In this document: one piece after another, positions 1-14,069 of the stretch | Layout: every line of letters starts with the position of its first letter | Numbering within the stretch: the stretch's first letter is position 1 | Origin: Chiloscyllium plagiosum | Lineage: Eukaryota | DNA: 64,000 nt | Assembly: GCF_004010195.1 (NCBI RefSeq) | Contig: NC_057719.1 | Coordinates: forward strand, 45,364,423 to 45,428,422 | Direction of reading: 5' to 3' | Notes under the pieces: generated by a model | Seen by the model: only the letters and a program-made list of their open reading frames with translations | What the model was told of the DNA's origin: nothing | Database searches by the model: none | Made by a program: the position numbers and the translations under genes

Positions 1-127
1 ACATCTAAGGACCATGTCCAAATTCTCTTATTGGTCTTCCCTGTTATTATCATGTTATCTAGTTAAATGGCAACCTGGGGTAGGCATTGCACCATCCACT
101 GCAAAATTGCAGTCTGACAATATTCCA

Positions 128-313
128 GATGTGGAAGTGCCAGTGTTGGACTGGGGTGGACAAAGTTAAAAATCACATAACACCAGGTTATAGTCCAACA
201 AATTTATTTGGAAGTATAGCCTTTGGAGCTACCTGGTGAAAGAGCAGCACTCCAAAAGCTAGTGCTTCTAAATAAATCTGTTAGACTATAACCTGGTGTT
301 GTGTGAATTTTAA
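128..313. mobile_element. Palindromic Penelope-type terminal remnant (family 'aaagttaaaaatcacacaacaccaggttatagtccaaca') with a degenerate hammerhead core
   Basis: Inverted arms ttaaaaatcacataacaccaggttatagtccaaca / tgttagactataacctggtgttgtgtgaattttaa; centre ctggtgaaagagcagcactccaaaagcta; same family at 57745. Confidence 0.7.
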
Positions 314-656
314 TGATATCCCCAGGTAGCAGTTTTCTATAGTAGTACAAACCCTTATGGGTATTAATTGTAGCATACTTCTGGGATTCCTCATCTACCA
401 CAACTGCAAATATGCATGGCTCATGTCTAGCTGTATGAAGCATATTTGCCCTGTCAGCTTTGCATATAAATCCTCTGTGCAAGCGGTTAGGTATTTATCC
501 AGCTGTGAAAAATGGTTTACTATTTGTTTAAAATACCCACAAAGGCAAACTGACCCGTCAGGCTTCAAAATTGCTTTAATTGGTGCTGCCTATTCTGCAG
601 ACTGGGCTGGTTTGATGATTCCTTCAATTTCCAGCCTTCTGATTTCTAGACTCTCT

Positions 657-1135
657 AGAGTCATAGAGATGTACAGCACGCAAACAGAACCTTCAGTCCA
701 ACTCATCGATGTCGACCAGATATCTAAATTAGTCTAGTCCCATTTGCCAGCATTTGGCCCATATCCCTCTAAACCCTTCCTATTTATGCACTCATCCAGA
801 TGCCTTTTAAATATTGTAATTGTACCAGCCTCCACCACTTCCTCTGGCAGCCTGAAAAAGTTGCCCCTTAGGTCCCTTTTAAATCTTTCTCCTCTCACCC
901 TAAATCTATGCCCTCTAGTTCTGGATTCACCCAACCCAACAAAAAGACCTTGTCTATTTATCCTATCCATGCCCCTCATGGTTTTATAAACCTCTATAAG
1001 GTCACCCCTCAGCCTCCGACGCTCCAGGGAAAATAGCCCCAGCCTGTTCAGCCTCTCCCTATAACTCAAACCCTCAAACCTTGGCAACATCTTTGTAAGT
1101 CTTTTCTGAACCCTTTCAAGTTTCACAACATCCCT
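657..1135 (-). mobile_element. CR1 LINE 3' fragment
   Basis: ORF 734..1180: LERVQKRLTKML..LSYRERLNRLGLFSLERRRLRGDLIEVYK..TRGHRF (CR1 RT C-terminus), plus ATGACTCT-type tail. Confidence 0.92.
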
Positions 1136-2264
1136 CTGCCTTTTGCCTGGAAGACAAATGGCACAGGGTGTGCCTTTCACAATCGTGGAATACCTTCCTG
1201 GTTAACGTGCAAAGTGGCTTTGGCTCTTTTGATAGTCCCAAGACCTTCCTGAAAAACGTTTGGGTATTTAAGCAGGACTTCACTTAGGCAGCCATGTTCT
1301 AATCGAAAAAATGTTGAGCCAATCTAGGTGAATCTCTCTCAACCAATTTTGTCCCATCAAGCTTGGGCCCAAGCCTTTTGCTACAATCACAGGTAATTGA
1401 ACCAGATGCGTCTCATAAGAGATCGGAAACAAAGTTGTAACCTTAATTTGTAAAGGTCCCCTAGTATAGGTTCTCAGTCTAGCTGAGGTCTTGTCCAATC
1501 TTATGGGCTGTAGTTTAGAGCAAATTTGTTAAAGACTAGCTTTGCGATCACAGAATCGGCCGTGCCAGAATTGACATCCATCAGAACCAGATGATTATTT
1601 GGCCAGATGTTTGTTCTGTTTGGTTCTGATTTAGATGTTGTTAAGCAATTTAACTGTTCCAAACCAGATGTAGGTGGACTTTTCAGGGTGTGAGGTTTTC
1701 TGACTAGGCTGGCATGGTCTGGTGTCATGGCCTCCATTGCTGGTCCTGGGGGAATATGAAGTCCTGCCTGTGTAGACCCACACACAGCAGGACCTCTGGG
1801 TTACTGCCCACACAACAGAGCACTTATTTTCCCCTGTTTGCTGCAACCAGGGGGTAATGCAGGGCAGTTCCAGACTGACTACTTGTCTGGGTGCACAACA
1901 AGCTTTTAAAGATGGTACAGGCACAAAGGATCTAGTTGAATTCTGAGATATCTGTTAAGTGGCAAGTTGTTCTGGGATTAGTGTGTGGCAACATGGGATT
2001 GGAATCAGAAATGAAGGTTGCTAATAGTAGTCAATTAGATGACTTTGGTAAGAAAATCCCTGTGCGTTACAGCAAAAATTTCCAAAAAAGAAAATGTAAC
2101 TCAGACTTAGCCACAAAAAAAAATAGGGTGCAGCTCAAAACATTTCAAGGCTAATGCAGAAAGAAGTGGAAGCTACTAGTGGAACATTATTTTGGATATT
2201 TCAGTGACTCAGAAGATATGACTTAGTTTCCAGAAGCAAGCTGAGCTTAACATATGAGCATTCA

Positions 2265-2570
2265 GACGTATGAAATAGAAATAGGAGTAAGCCATTTAGC
2301 TCCCTCCTCATGCTTTAGTAAGATGATGGCTGATCTGATTGTGAGCCACACTCTACTTTCCTCTCGACTCACTCTAACCTTTGACTCCCTTGTTAATCAG
2401 TAATTTTGCCTCTTCTGTTCCCTGGGAAACAGAATTCCACAGACTGATGACCTTTGGCTGAAAATAATCTCCTCATCTCTCTTTTTAATGGGCGATCACC
2501 CTTATTTGTCAACTGTGTCCCTTGTTCTGTATTCCCCTATAAGGGGAAAACATCCTCTCAGCATCCAAAA
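2265..2570 (-). mobile_element. Old CR1 3' fragment
   Basis: Reverse-complement tail ataggagtaagccatttagc...gatggctgatctg, similar to other CR1 ends in the window. Confidence 0.55.
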
Positions 2571-4029
2571 TATTGTTCCTTTAACCAAGTACTTCTGCCT
2601 TGATGACTGGGAACTAGCAAACTGTGCCTTTTAATTAGCAATGCACATTCACATGGGCAATTTGGGAAGGTAGAAATGATGGAGTTTAGGATGGGTTATG
2701 TCAAAAGCCTAAGTCTGTAATTTGTTTGTGGCTGCAAATGGCAGGAGATGTGCTTCTTAGTACATCCTGCCATTCAATGCAATTTATTCTACAACATATT
2801 GCCAATGTACATCAACTCCAGCAATAATTCCTCAGCCTGCAGAGGTATCATTAGTCTGCACGCTTCCCATTTCAAGAATTTTGGGAACTGTCTTCTCAAA
2901 TGTTCTCACAATCCAACAAAGATTGTTCTTGATAAAACTCAGCAACACTTAACAAAGCACTAATGTATGGAACATAAGTCATAGCCAGTAACATTAGAAC
3001 AGTGATTAGTAAATTTCTTGGAAAAATTTGGAAGGAATAATAGATAAGTTGCTGCTGCCATGAACAATACATTGTGCCCAGAAATGTGGAAATAGTCGGC
3101 ATGATTTCATAGTTATATGTGTCTGTTTTGGAATAAAATCTAAAATTCTATGTTTTATAGCACTTATCTTGTTAGTACACACATTAATGCATTACCATGG
3201 TCTATCTCTAGAGTGATCATTGAGTAACTAGAGTTCTTGTCAAAGCTTGGTAATTAGCTTATGTTCCATGTCCAACACTGCTTGTTAAGTAATTGGATAG
3301 AGGCTTATCATATAATTTATGATGATATGGAATGTACCCAAAACATTCCTTTTGTCTTTTGTTCAATGACCTATCTCAAGTGTAATCAGATATATCTGTA
3401 TTCAGATCTTCTCTGGCTCCTATTTGTTTCTCAAACAGAGTCAAGTCCTGACCATTATCATTTCCAACAAAACATTTCCCTGAATTAAAGGATCCAGACG
3501 TTAAAGATTTTCTGTGTCCTGGAATATCTCAGTATTATGTTTGAAAAGCATGTATTCCAAACATTTTGATTAACAGGTCGTGAAATTCAACAGAGGATTG
3601 GCAGCATCCTTACGGAAATATTTTCAGTTATTTCCACCCTTTTCCTGGCGATTTCAACAATCTACCATAGAAGTTATGTTAAAGACCTCGTGAACCTTTG
3701 CAGAATTTCCAAGTCATTGTCTCAGACTCTTAAGCAGAAAAGAACAGCGTGAATTTTTCTTGCACAATGCACTAAAGAGTTGAATGTAACCAGTAGTTAA
3801 AAGTAGTTATGCAATAGATTTAAGGCATAGGTATATCATGGTTTCAGGTACAGACACACTATAGATCCAGACTAAGTCACACCATAGGTTTAGCATCAAT
3901 CATACTAAATATTCAGACCATAATCCAACTATAGATTTAGGGTGCGGTCATACTGCAGATTTAATATTGGTGATGCAGAGAACAATTTGTAGTAAGATGT
4001 GGAATCAGTTGAACCATTAAATGCATTTA

Positions 4030-4773
4030 GATTCTGTCAGGGGAATGCAGCTCCACAGTGCATATAGCATTGTCTATGTAAGCTAGTCCGGAGTCCTACT
4101 GCTACTGGACGAGAGTTTGCTTTACAGGTTATAGTTAGGATCATCTACTTGACACCCTTGTACTCACAAGAAAGAATGAAAAGGATAGGAAGTCTCTCTC
4201 TCTCATACTGATTGTTGGAAGCAAGTCACTAATCAAAAACCACACTCGAACAAGAAACTGAACAAGTCCTCAGTTAATTTGCAAAACCCAGAATCTCCAA
4301 AATAAAAACTGTTCAACTGCTAAAATCAATGCTACCAGAATCATCTGCTTTAACAGCTGCAATGTTTTATCACCCTCCATATGGACATACCAAAGACTGA
4401 GCTGTATAACTTTTTTTATGTATAATCTTTTTAATCATGCTTTTTTAATCTGTATGTATATATCTGTGGTTTATTATTTTCCTGCCTCTCAGCAATTCAT
4501 AAACTCACTTTTTCTTTAACACAAGAAGGCCTTTTCAAATTGGCTCAGTTTAAAACACTATTACTTCGGAACAGGAAAAGTACTCAAGACGGAAGGAAAC
4601 CCTTGTTTTAACGTCTTCTTGCTGTGACCATCCAGTCACAAAGTGGTGGTGGTGATGGGGGTTTGCGGGGGAAGGTGGGAGGGTTGGTTGAATGAAGAAG
4701 GGAAGACATTTTCTCTCTCCTCACCCAGGATCATAATGAACTGGGGACCCTCATCCCAGGAATAGGTTATAAC
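4030..4773 (+). mobile_element. Possible LTR remnant with a degenerate tRNA-Pro PBS-like sequence
   Basis: LTR-like composition ending ...cctcacccaggatcataa followed by tggggaccctcatcccagga, resembling PBS-Pro TGGGGGCTCGTCCGGGAT; no partner LTR seen. Confidence 0.3.
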
Positions 4774-6157
4774 ATATCTATGTACAATTCCATTAATTAT
4801 TCTTGAGTCCACAGTGTCACAACCACATACCAGCTGTTTCCTCAGAGTAATGCATGAGATTAGAAATTGTGTAATCTTGTATGCAGCATACTTTTAATCT
4901 TGAATGTTTCAACTTAAATAAAAACCAACAGCACAGCTTTATTTTTAAACAAGATAAAAAGTTAGTTTCTCACATAACTTTCTGGAAATGACCTCAGTCT
5001 AAGTGGTAAAGTTATTAGATAAAGAACAAACAAAAAGATTTGAAACATGAATGAGCATGAAAATGAGATCGGTCTCTCATATTGTTGCATGCCTGACTTG
5101 CTTGAAACTTCTCTTTCTGAAGTGAATGGATTGAAATACAAAGACACGTTCATGAGCTCTGATAGCATTTGCAGTTGGATACTTGGAGATTACTCCAACA
5201 GGTGGACTCAGTGAGCAGGGCACATCCTGGGAATCATTGAACGCTCTATTGATTCACTTTTGCAGCATACAGGTTGTGACTGTTGACAACCTGGTCTAGC
5301 ACAGCAGTCCTTTAGTTGGGTTTTGTCCTGGATTCTTTCCTGTACCTCCCTGAAGTGATCAATTTTTGCCTCAAGACATCTTTTTCATTGTGGCCAGATG
5401 GTTTTCTTCCTCACAGCCAGCTGGATGCCCCTCATCCACAGTTGCAATCATGCCCAGAGCTTAAAGGAAGGATGACTTGTCAGAAGCCTATGAGGCATGT
5501 CACCAGTTAATAAGTTTAATAAACTGGGTGTTCAGTCTTGGGAGAATATCTCATGAATTTGAGACTGTAAAACTACGAGATATAGGAGCAGGATTACGCC
5601 ATTTGGTACATCAAGCCTGCTCAATCATAGCTGATGTTATACTAAAGGTTCAACCTCAAAGATGCCATCTAAAATGCTAGGGAGATTCAACCAGAAATTC
5701 CATAGTCTGTTGTCTTTTTTAAACTACAGTACATATTACTTTCAGAAACACTTCTTCTCACTTACCTCCACGAGACATATTGGGAGTTCTGCAGTGATAC
5801 AGAGAATGGAAGACTTCATGATTACTGATTGTCAAAGTTGAAGGGAGCCTAATTGCAGGCACTTACAGAAGGATGGTATTGCTGTGAGATGCTTCGAGGT
5901 TGGTCAGATGTTTAATAGATTTCCCAGTCAAGGGAAAATGCAGCCATTGGAATAATAGCTGACAATGAATGAATCCCAGAAATCCACAGGGAATAGTTAA
6001 TAGATGCTTCCAATATGACTCTAAATATCACCGCCAGCAGTCAAATATTTGAAGCAACAACTTGTGAAATAGTTTTCATGGGCAAATAAAATAAAGATCA
6101 ACAGCTGGAAAATCTTATTTTAGTGGCCAATAACTTCAGGTGGCCCATGAGCACTTG

Positions 6158-7847
6158 AGTCGAGAGTGTGGTGCTGAAAAGCACAGCAGTTCAGGCAGCA
6201 TCCGAAGAGCAGGAGAATCGGTGTTTCGGGCATAAGCCCTTTATCAAGAATGAGGCTTGTGGGCCGGGGGGAGCAGACAGATAAATATGTCGGGGATGGG
6301 GCTGGGGTACTTGGGAATGTGATAGGTAGATGAAGGTGCGGGTGGAAATGATAAGTCGGAGGGGAGGGTGGAGTGGATGGGTGGGAAGGAAGGAAGATGG
6401 GCAGGTAGGACCGGTCAAAAGGGCAATGCCGAGTTGGAGGCTTGGGATTGTGATAATGTGGGGGGAGGGGAAATGAGGAAACTGGTGAAATCCACATCGA
6501 TCCCATGTGGTTGCAGGGTCACAAGGCGGAAGATGAGGTGTTCTTCCTCCAGGCATCGGGTGGTAAGGGCTGGACGATAGAAGAGGCCCATGACCTGCAT
6601 GTCCTTGATGGAGTGAGAGGGGGAGTGAAAATATTTAGCCATGGAGTGGAGGGGTTGGTTGGTGCAGATATTCCAGAGATGGTCTCTGAAACAATTCACA
6701 AGGTGGTGTCCTGTTTTCCCGATATAGAGGAGACGACAATGGATGCAACAGATATAGTAGGTAATATGTGTGCAAGTACAGGTACATTTCTGTCGGATGT
6801 GGAAAGATCCTTTGGGGCCTTGGATGGAGGGGAGGGGGAATCGTGTGTGCACAGGTTTTGCACTTCCTGCGGTGGCAGGGGAAGGTTCCAGGAGTTGGGG
6901 GTGGGCAGGTGGAGGGCATGGATCTGACAAAGGACTCGCGGAGGGAATGGTCTCTCTGGAATGCAGATAGGGGTGGGGAGGGAAATATATCCTATTGGTG
7001 GCATCTGTTTGTAGGTGGCGGAAGTGGCAGAGGATGATGCGATGTATGCAGAGGTTGGTAGGTGGAAGGTGAGGACCAGGGGTTCTGTTCCTGTTGTGAT
7101 TGAAGGGATAGAATTCAACAGTGGAGGAGCGAGAAGTGGAGAAGATGCTCCGGAGGGCATCATCAACCATGTAGAAAGGGTAATTGTAGTCTTTGAAGGA
7201 GGTGGCCATCTGGGATGTTCTATGGTGGAATTAGTCCTCTTGGGAGTAGATGCGGTGGAGGCGGAAGAATTGAGAATAAGGGATGGCATTTTTACAGGAG
7301 GCAGGGTGGGAGGAGGTGTAGTCCAGGTAGCTGTGGGAGTGGATTTGTAGTAAATGTCTGTGTCTAGTTGGTTGCCAGAGATGGATATGGAGAGGTCCAG
7401 GAAGGGGAGGGAGGTGTCCAAGGTGGTTCAGGTGAATTTGAGATCAGGTAGAAGGTGTTTGTGAAGTTGATGAACTGTTCAACCACCTCGTGGAGGTTCA
7501 TCTCCCATCTTATCACAATCCCAAGCCTCCAATCCGGTACTGCCCCCTTGATCAGTCATACCTGTTCATTTTCCTTCCTTCCCAGCCATCCACTCCACCA
7601 CCCCCTCTGACCTATCATTTCCACCCGCACCTTGATCTACCCATCCCATTCCTTGCTATCTTCCCCTGAGCCCCACCCCCTTTCCATTTATCTCTCAGCC
7701 CCCCAGCCCACAAGCCTCATTCCTGATGAAGGGTTTATGCCCAAAATGTCGATTCTCCTGCTCCTCAGAAGCTGCCTGACTTGCTGTGCTTTTCCAGCAC
7801 GACACTCTTGACTCTGATCTCCAGCATCTGCAGTCCTCACTTTACCC
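6158..7847 (-). mobile_element. 5'-truncated Penelope-like element (RT C-terminus + GIY-YIG endonuclease) with inverted pseudo-LTR
   Basis: ORFs 6696..7421 (SLPFLDLSISI..LDTDIYYK) and 6415..7209 (CTCTHITYYICCIHCRLLYIGKTG..FRDHL..LEEEHLIFRLVTLQPHGIDV); 7498-7847 is an inverted copy of 6158-6470. Confidence 0.92.
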
Positions 7848-8934
7848 AACACTGTCACACTAAAAAGTGGCTGTACTCAGCAGTATGTGGAATCGATTGG
7901 CTGGAATATTAATCTAGGACAAAGCTGACAAAAATAGGATCAAACAATAAAAGTTGCACCCGGGATGATAATTCATTATCATCTTTAAATAAGATGGGTC
8001 GAATTACAAGGTTATGTCATTTCATAAGCACTTTTCGACTAACACGATTACTGAATAGGTCTTCGATGAAATAAGTGAAATTTTGTTTGGACATGGGAGA
8101 ATGATACAGCATTTGTATTCAGTAAGGCACAAACCAGGAATAATCACATTCTGTGGCGGAAACCTGAAATTTCTTGTTGAGAGGTCCAACAAGTATTATT
8201 GATCTCTGCTGATAGGAGTCTGACTGATATGAACAGCATCACTTGGGAACTGCAGAAATAATTTGCTCAGAACTTCTTCACAAAAATTGAAGCTACAGTT
8301 AAAACATGCTGGAGTTGTGGATTAAGATTACAAATCCCTTATCGAAAAAGTCATGTCACAACGTGATAAATGCATTAATTGTTGCAAGAAATTACTCCCA
8401 GTTATCAATGTTCCTTTAGCTCAGAATTGAATGAAACAGCAGTTATGGATATGAAGAAATGGGACAAAGATTGAATGTCAATTATATTTTGTGGGTATGG
8501 TGACCAGATTTAGAATATCCACGGTGACAAGCAATAGGGACAGACTATAATGGACCAAGTCATGGAAAAGTGGGTCGGCATAGGCCTTTGGCCACCAACA
8601 ACATTCGTAATGGATAATGGAGATAAATTTTCAAATGTTGAATTTTGTGACATGTGAGAAATTAAATATTACAGTAACAATTTCTGCTGCAAGAAGTCTG
8701 TTTAGTAATGGCTTGCATGAAAGAAACCATGCAATAATTGGATAAGACATTTCACAAAATACTGACACATCAGCCAAACTGTAAATTACAAATGACACTG
8801 ACGTTGGCAGTGCATGAAAACATTCCTAAGTGATGATTGGGGGCTATAGGTCAATTAGTGTACATTCAGAATCCAAAATTGCCTTCAATACAGTGTGATG
8901 ATACACCATTATTAGAAGGAACAAGGGGGCATTA

Positions 8935-11900
8935 GGGGCATTCCTGCCCCTACTACTCTCTGAGTAAAGAAACCACCTCTGACATCTGTCCTATATCTAT
9001 CACCTCTCAATTTAAAGCTATGTCCCCTGTGCTAGCCATTACCATCCGAGGAAAAAGGCTCTCACTGTCCACCATATCTAACCCTCTGATTATCTTATAT
9101 GTCTCAATTAGGTCACCTCTTAACTTTCTTCCCTCTAATAAAAAAAGCCTAAAGTCCCTCAATCTTTCCTCATAAGACCTTCCCTCCACACCAGGCAACA
9201 TCCTAGTAAGTCACCTCTGAACCCTTTCCAAAGCTTCCACATCCTTCCTATAATGCGGTGACCAGATCTGTACACAATATTCCAAGTGCGGCCACACCAG
9301 AGTTTTGTGCAGCTGCAGCATGACCTCGTGGCTCCGAAACTCAATCCCTCTACCAATAAAAGCTAACTCATTGTATGCCTTTGTAACAACCCTATCGACC
9401 TGGGTGGCAACTTTCAGGGATCTATGTAAACGAACACTGAGATCTCTCTGCTCATCTACACTACTAAGAATTTTACCATTAGTCCAGTACTCTTTATTCC
9501 TCTTGCTCCTTCCAAAGTGAATCACCTCACACTTTTCTACATTAAACTCCATTTACTATCTCTTAGCCCAAATCTGCAGCCTATCTATGTCCCTCTGTAA
9601 CCTACAACATCCTTTGGCACTGTCCACAACTCCACCGACCTCAGTGTCATCTGCAAATTTACTAACAAATCCTTCTACACCCTCATCCAGGTCATTTATA
9701 AAAATGACAAACAGCAGTGGACCCAAAACAGACCCTTGCAGTACACCACTAGTAACTGAACTCCAGGATGAACGCTTCCCATCAACCATAACCCTATGTC
9801 TTCTTTCAGCTAGCCAATTTATGATCCAAACTGCTAAATTACCCTCAATCCCATGCCTCCATATTTTGTGCAATAGCCTACTGTGGGGAACCTTATCAAA
9901 TGCCTTACTGAAATCAATATATATCACATCAAACACTTTACCTTCATCCACCTCTTTGGTCACATTCTCAAAGAACTCAGTAAGATTTATGAGGTACGAC
10001 CTACCTTTCACAAAACCGTGTTGACTATCCCTAATCAACATATCCCTTTCTAGATGATTATAAATCCTATCCCTTATAACCTTTTCCAACACTTTACCTA
10101 CAGCTGAAGTAAGACTCACTGGTCTATAATTAACAGGATTGTCCCTACTCCCCTTCTTGAACAAAGGGACAACATTTGCTACATTCCAGTCTTATGGCAT
10201 GATTCCTGTAGACAATGACGACATAAAAATCAAAGCCAAAGGCTCTGCAATCTCCTCCCTGGCTTCCCAGAGAATTCTAGGATAAATCCCACCCGGCCCA
10301 GGGGACTGACCTATTTTCACACTTTCCAGAATGGCTAACACCTCCTCCTTGTGAACCTCAACCCTATCTAGTCTAGTAGCCTATATCTCAGTATTCTCCT
10401 TGACAACATTGTTTTCTTCCAGTGTAAATACCGACAAAAAATATTCATTTAGCACTTCTCCTATTTCCTTGGACTTCACGCACAACTTCCCACTACTGTC
10501 CTTGATTGGTCCTAATCTTTCTTTAGTCATTCTTTTGTTCTTGATATACCTATAAAAACCTTTAGAGTTTTCCTTGATTCTCTCTGCCAACTTCATTTCA
10601 TGTCCCCTCCTGGCTCTTCTTAGTTCTCTCTTTAGGTTTTTCCTGGCTAGCTTGTAATACTTAAGTGCCCTAACTGAGCCTTCACATCTCATCCTAACAT
10701 AAGCCTTCTTCTTCCTCTTGACAAGAGATTCAACTTATTTAGTAAACCACGGCTCCCTCACTCGACCACTTCCTCCCTACCTGACAGGTACATACTTATC
10801 AAGGACATGCAGTAGCTGTTCCTTGAATAAGCTCCACATTTCAATTGTGCCCGTACCCTGCAGTTTCCTTCCCCATCCTATGCATCCTAAATTTTACCTA
10901 ATCGAATCATAATTGCCTTTTCCCCAGTTATAACTTTTGCCCTGTGGTACATACCTATCCTTTTCCATCACTAAAGTAATCATAACCAAATTGTGTTCAC
11001 TATCACCAAAATGCTCACCTACCTCCAAATCTAACACCTGGCCAGGTTCATTACCCAGTACCAAATCCAATATGGCTTTGTCTCTTGTTGGTCTATCTAC
11101 ATACTGTGTCAGGAAACCCTCCTGCACACATTGGACAAAAACTAACCCATCTAAAGTACTATTTCCAGTCAAAATTTGGAAAGTTAAAGTCCCCATAACT
11201 ACTACCCGAATACTCTCACTCCTATCCAGAATCATCTTTGCAATCCTTTCCTCTACATCTCTGGAACTATTTGGAGGCCAATAGAAAACTCCCAACAGGA
11301 TGACCTCTCCTTTCCTGTTTTAAACCTCAGTCCATACTACCTCAGTATTCAAGTCCTCAAGTGTCCTTTCTGCCACTGTAATACTGTCCTTGATTAACAA
11401 TGCCACACCTCCTCCTCTTTTACTATCTTCTCTGTTCTTACTGAAACATCAAAATCCCGGAACCTGCAACAACCATTTCTGTTCCTGCTCTATCCATGTC
11501 TCCGAAATGGCCACAACATTGAAGTCCCAGGTGCCAATCCATGCCGCAAGTTCACCCACCTTATTCCGGATGCTCCTGGCATTGAAGTAGACACACTTCA
11601 AACCACCTTCCTGCTTGCCGGTGCACTCTTGCAACATTGAAACCATATTTCTGACCTCATTACTCTCAACCTCCTGGACACTGGAACTACAATTTAGGTT
11701 CCCACCCCCCTGCTGAGTTAGCTTAAACCCTCCTGAACTGCATTAGCAAATTTCCCCCAAGGGTATTGGTACCCCTCTGGTTCTGGTGTAGACCATCCTG
11801 TTTGTAAAGGTCCTGCCTACCCCAGAATGAGTCCCAATTATCCAAGTATCTGAAATCCTCCCTCCTGCACCATTCCCATAACCATGTGTTCAACTCCTCT

Positions 11901-12095
11901 CTCACACTATTCCTCGCCTTGCTCGCACGTGGCACAGGCAACAAACCAGAAGGAACAACCATTTGTTCTAGCTCCAACTTCTACCCTAGCTCCCTTAAGT
12001 CCCATTCCCTTTTCCTATCGGTGTCGTTAGTGTCAATGTGGACCACGACTTGGGGCTGCTCCCCCTCCCTCTCAAGGATTCTGAAAACATGATCC
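8935..12095 (-). mobile_element. Long CR1 LINE (ORF1 esterase part, APE endonuclease, RT), degraded
   Basis: ORFs 11723..11977 (SGLLPVPR..DGLHQN, SGNH esterase), 11449..11646 (YFNARSIRNK..ISETW), 10894..11295 (PTR..ILDLVL..SEHN), 9556..10164 (NYRPVSLTS..DFSKAFD..LQGSVLGP..FADD), 9211..9552. Confidence 0.95.
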
Positions 12096-12249
12096 AGATC
12101 CACAGATAATTTATTGACCAGGAGATTAGAGTAGAATAGAAAGGAGAGTCAGGTGACCAGAAAGTGCCCCTGCTAGTGGAGATATAAAGACAACTCTACT
12201 GGGGAATATTAAAACTGGCTAAACATCCAAGATAAGGGACAAGAAAAGA

Positions 12250-12693
12250 GGGTTCAGAAAAACGTTACCAGCATGGAGGGTTTGAGTTATAAGGAGAGGC
12301 TGGATAGGCTGGGACTTTTTTCCTTGGAGCTTAGGGGGTCAAGGGGTGACCTTATAGATGTTTATGAAATCATGGGGGAGTAGATAAGATGATTAGTGAA
12401 GCTTTTTTCCCTAGTCTGGAGGAGTTCAAAACTAGGAGGCATATTTTAAGGTGAGAGGAGAAAGATTTAAAAGGGACCTAAGGGGCAATTTATTCACAAA
12501 GGGGGTGATTCATATGTAGATGCCTGTATAGTTACAACATTTGAATGACACTTGGACAGGTAAATAAATAGGAGAAGTTTAGAGGAATGGGCTAAACACA
12601 GAGAAGTGGGACTAGTTTAGTTTGGGAAACTTGGTCAGCATGAATGAGTTGGATTGAATTATCTTTTTCCGTACTGTATGACTATGACTCTAT
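12250..12693 (+). mobile_element. CR1 3' fragment nested in the Copia element
   Basis: GLSYKERLDRLGLFSLE.. and tail gtatgactatgactctat. Confidence 0.88.
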
Positions 12694-12837
12694 AGCAACA
12701 TGAGGTACCAGAGTGGAGAACTAGACTCTATAGCAGCATGAGGTACCAGAGTGGAGAACTAGACTCTATAGCAACATGAGGTACAAGAGTGGAGAACTAG
12801 ACTCTATAGCAGCATGAGGCACAAGAGTGGTGAACTA
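12686..12837 (+). repeat. Minisatellite, 4 x 38 bp (gactctatagcaacatgaggtaccagagtggagaacta)
   Basis: Four near-identical direct copies read from the sequence. Confidence 0.95.
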
Positions 12838-14069
12838 GAAACCATAGTTCAGCAGTGATTCAGGGGAAACACTTCAGAGGAAAAGCTCACATACAGGACA
12901 GAGTGTTTCTAGCAGACATCATATTGGAAGAAATCCAAACAGATCGCAGCATGAGAAAAGAGGCTGCAACAAGACAAGACAAAAAGATAATATGGTTAAT
13001 GGAGAGCCTTCTTGTAAAACAGATAAAAGTATAAGTTGCCATGACCAGGACATGTTTGTGAATATTAGTAGAATAGAATACATGGTGATAAAAGAGAATA
13101 AACCAAGAGAATTGCAGTCTGAAATGAACTCCGAGTATATTCAGAAATTGATGATAGAGGCTAATCTGCTTTGTCAAACAGGACAGTACTGAAAAGGCCC
13201 TACCATTTGAAACTTATAAACACTAAGTTGGTAGTTAGAGGCTTTGAGGAATGTTTGGGGGCAAGAGAGATTAGGGCAGACTCTCCTAGGGCTGGAAAAT
13301 AATTTTGAAAATCTTTTTAGCCATCTAACAGCCTTTGGCTATTTAATTTCCTTTGGAAATATTACTCTATAGATATCAAAGTGGTGTTCATTAAGAGTAA
13401 CCTGTTGAAGAGGGAAGTATTTTTCTAGCCCTCAAATGAAGCACCAGGAATACAGGGGAGCTCTCCAAATATAATAAGTGTGTTTATGAGTTAAAAGATG
13501 CTTCTTAGGTGTGGCATTTTCACTAAGAGCAGTTTTTTTTAAAATTAAGTATTCAAAACTAAAGGTGGGCTCAACAATGTTCAGTTGCCATTATAATGGA
13601 AAACATTTGGGCATCTTTATGATGCATGTTGATACTTTTGTTTGGGGCACCAAAGACTTTGAAGTAAAGTTTATCAATTGAATTAGGAAGGAATTCAAAA
13701 TGATCAGTCAAACATCTGGTGTTTTCAAATATCTGGGATTGGAAATTCTTCAGGATGAGTGAAATGTAATTCAATACCAAGAGTCTCATTTGGAAAATGT
13801 TCATCCAATTGCAATGAGTCACATCAGATCTGGAAAGAAAGGTGAAGCTGCTACCAAGGAGGAGATGGAACAACTGAGGAGCCTCTTCAGAAAGCTTAAC
13901 TAGTCATGCACGCTGACAAGACCAGTTCCATGTTTTGCTGTGACCAAACTTAGTCTGGTCATGAATAATCCACAGATGGAGGGCATCTTGAGAGTGAATA
14001 AAATATTTAAAAATTGAAAATAGAGAAGTGTACGCCACAGTTCTCAGCTTTCGTTGGCATCATATAAAT

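Larger units (their letters stand above)
1..1930 (-). mobile_element. Degraded Ty3/Gypsy LTR-retrotransposon pol fragment (protease, linker, RT), interrupted by a CR1 3' end and a PLE palindrome
   Basis: Minus-strand translations: VLMDVNSGTADSVI (decayed DTGA protease, ~1550-1590); LVQLPVIVAKGLGPSLMGQNWL; EVLLKYPNVFQEGLGTIKRAKATL..KAHPVPF (~1150-1280); TINTHKGLYYYRKL (~335-375); AILQ..LPQVAI*LDNMIITGKT (decayed YLDD, ~30-110). Confidence 0.85.

Noticed and set aside
12686..12837. Regular repeats as a CRISPR-like array (also 59523-59690)
   Set aside because: Head-to-tail tandem units with no unique spacers, no cas genes, vertebrate context
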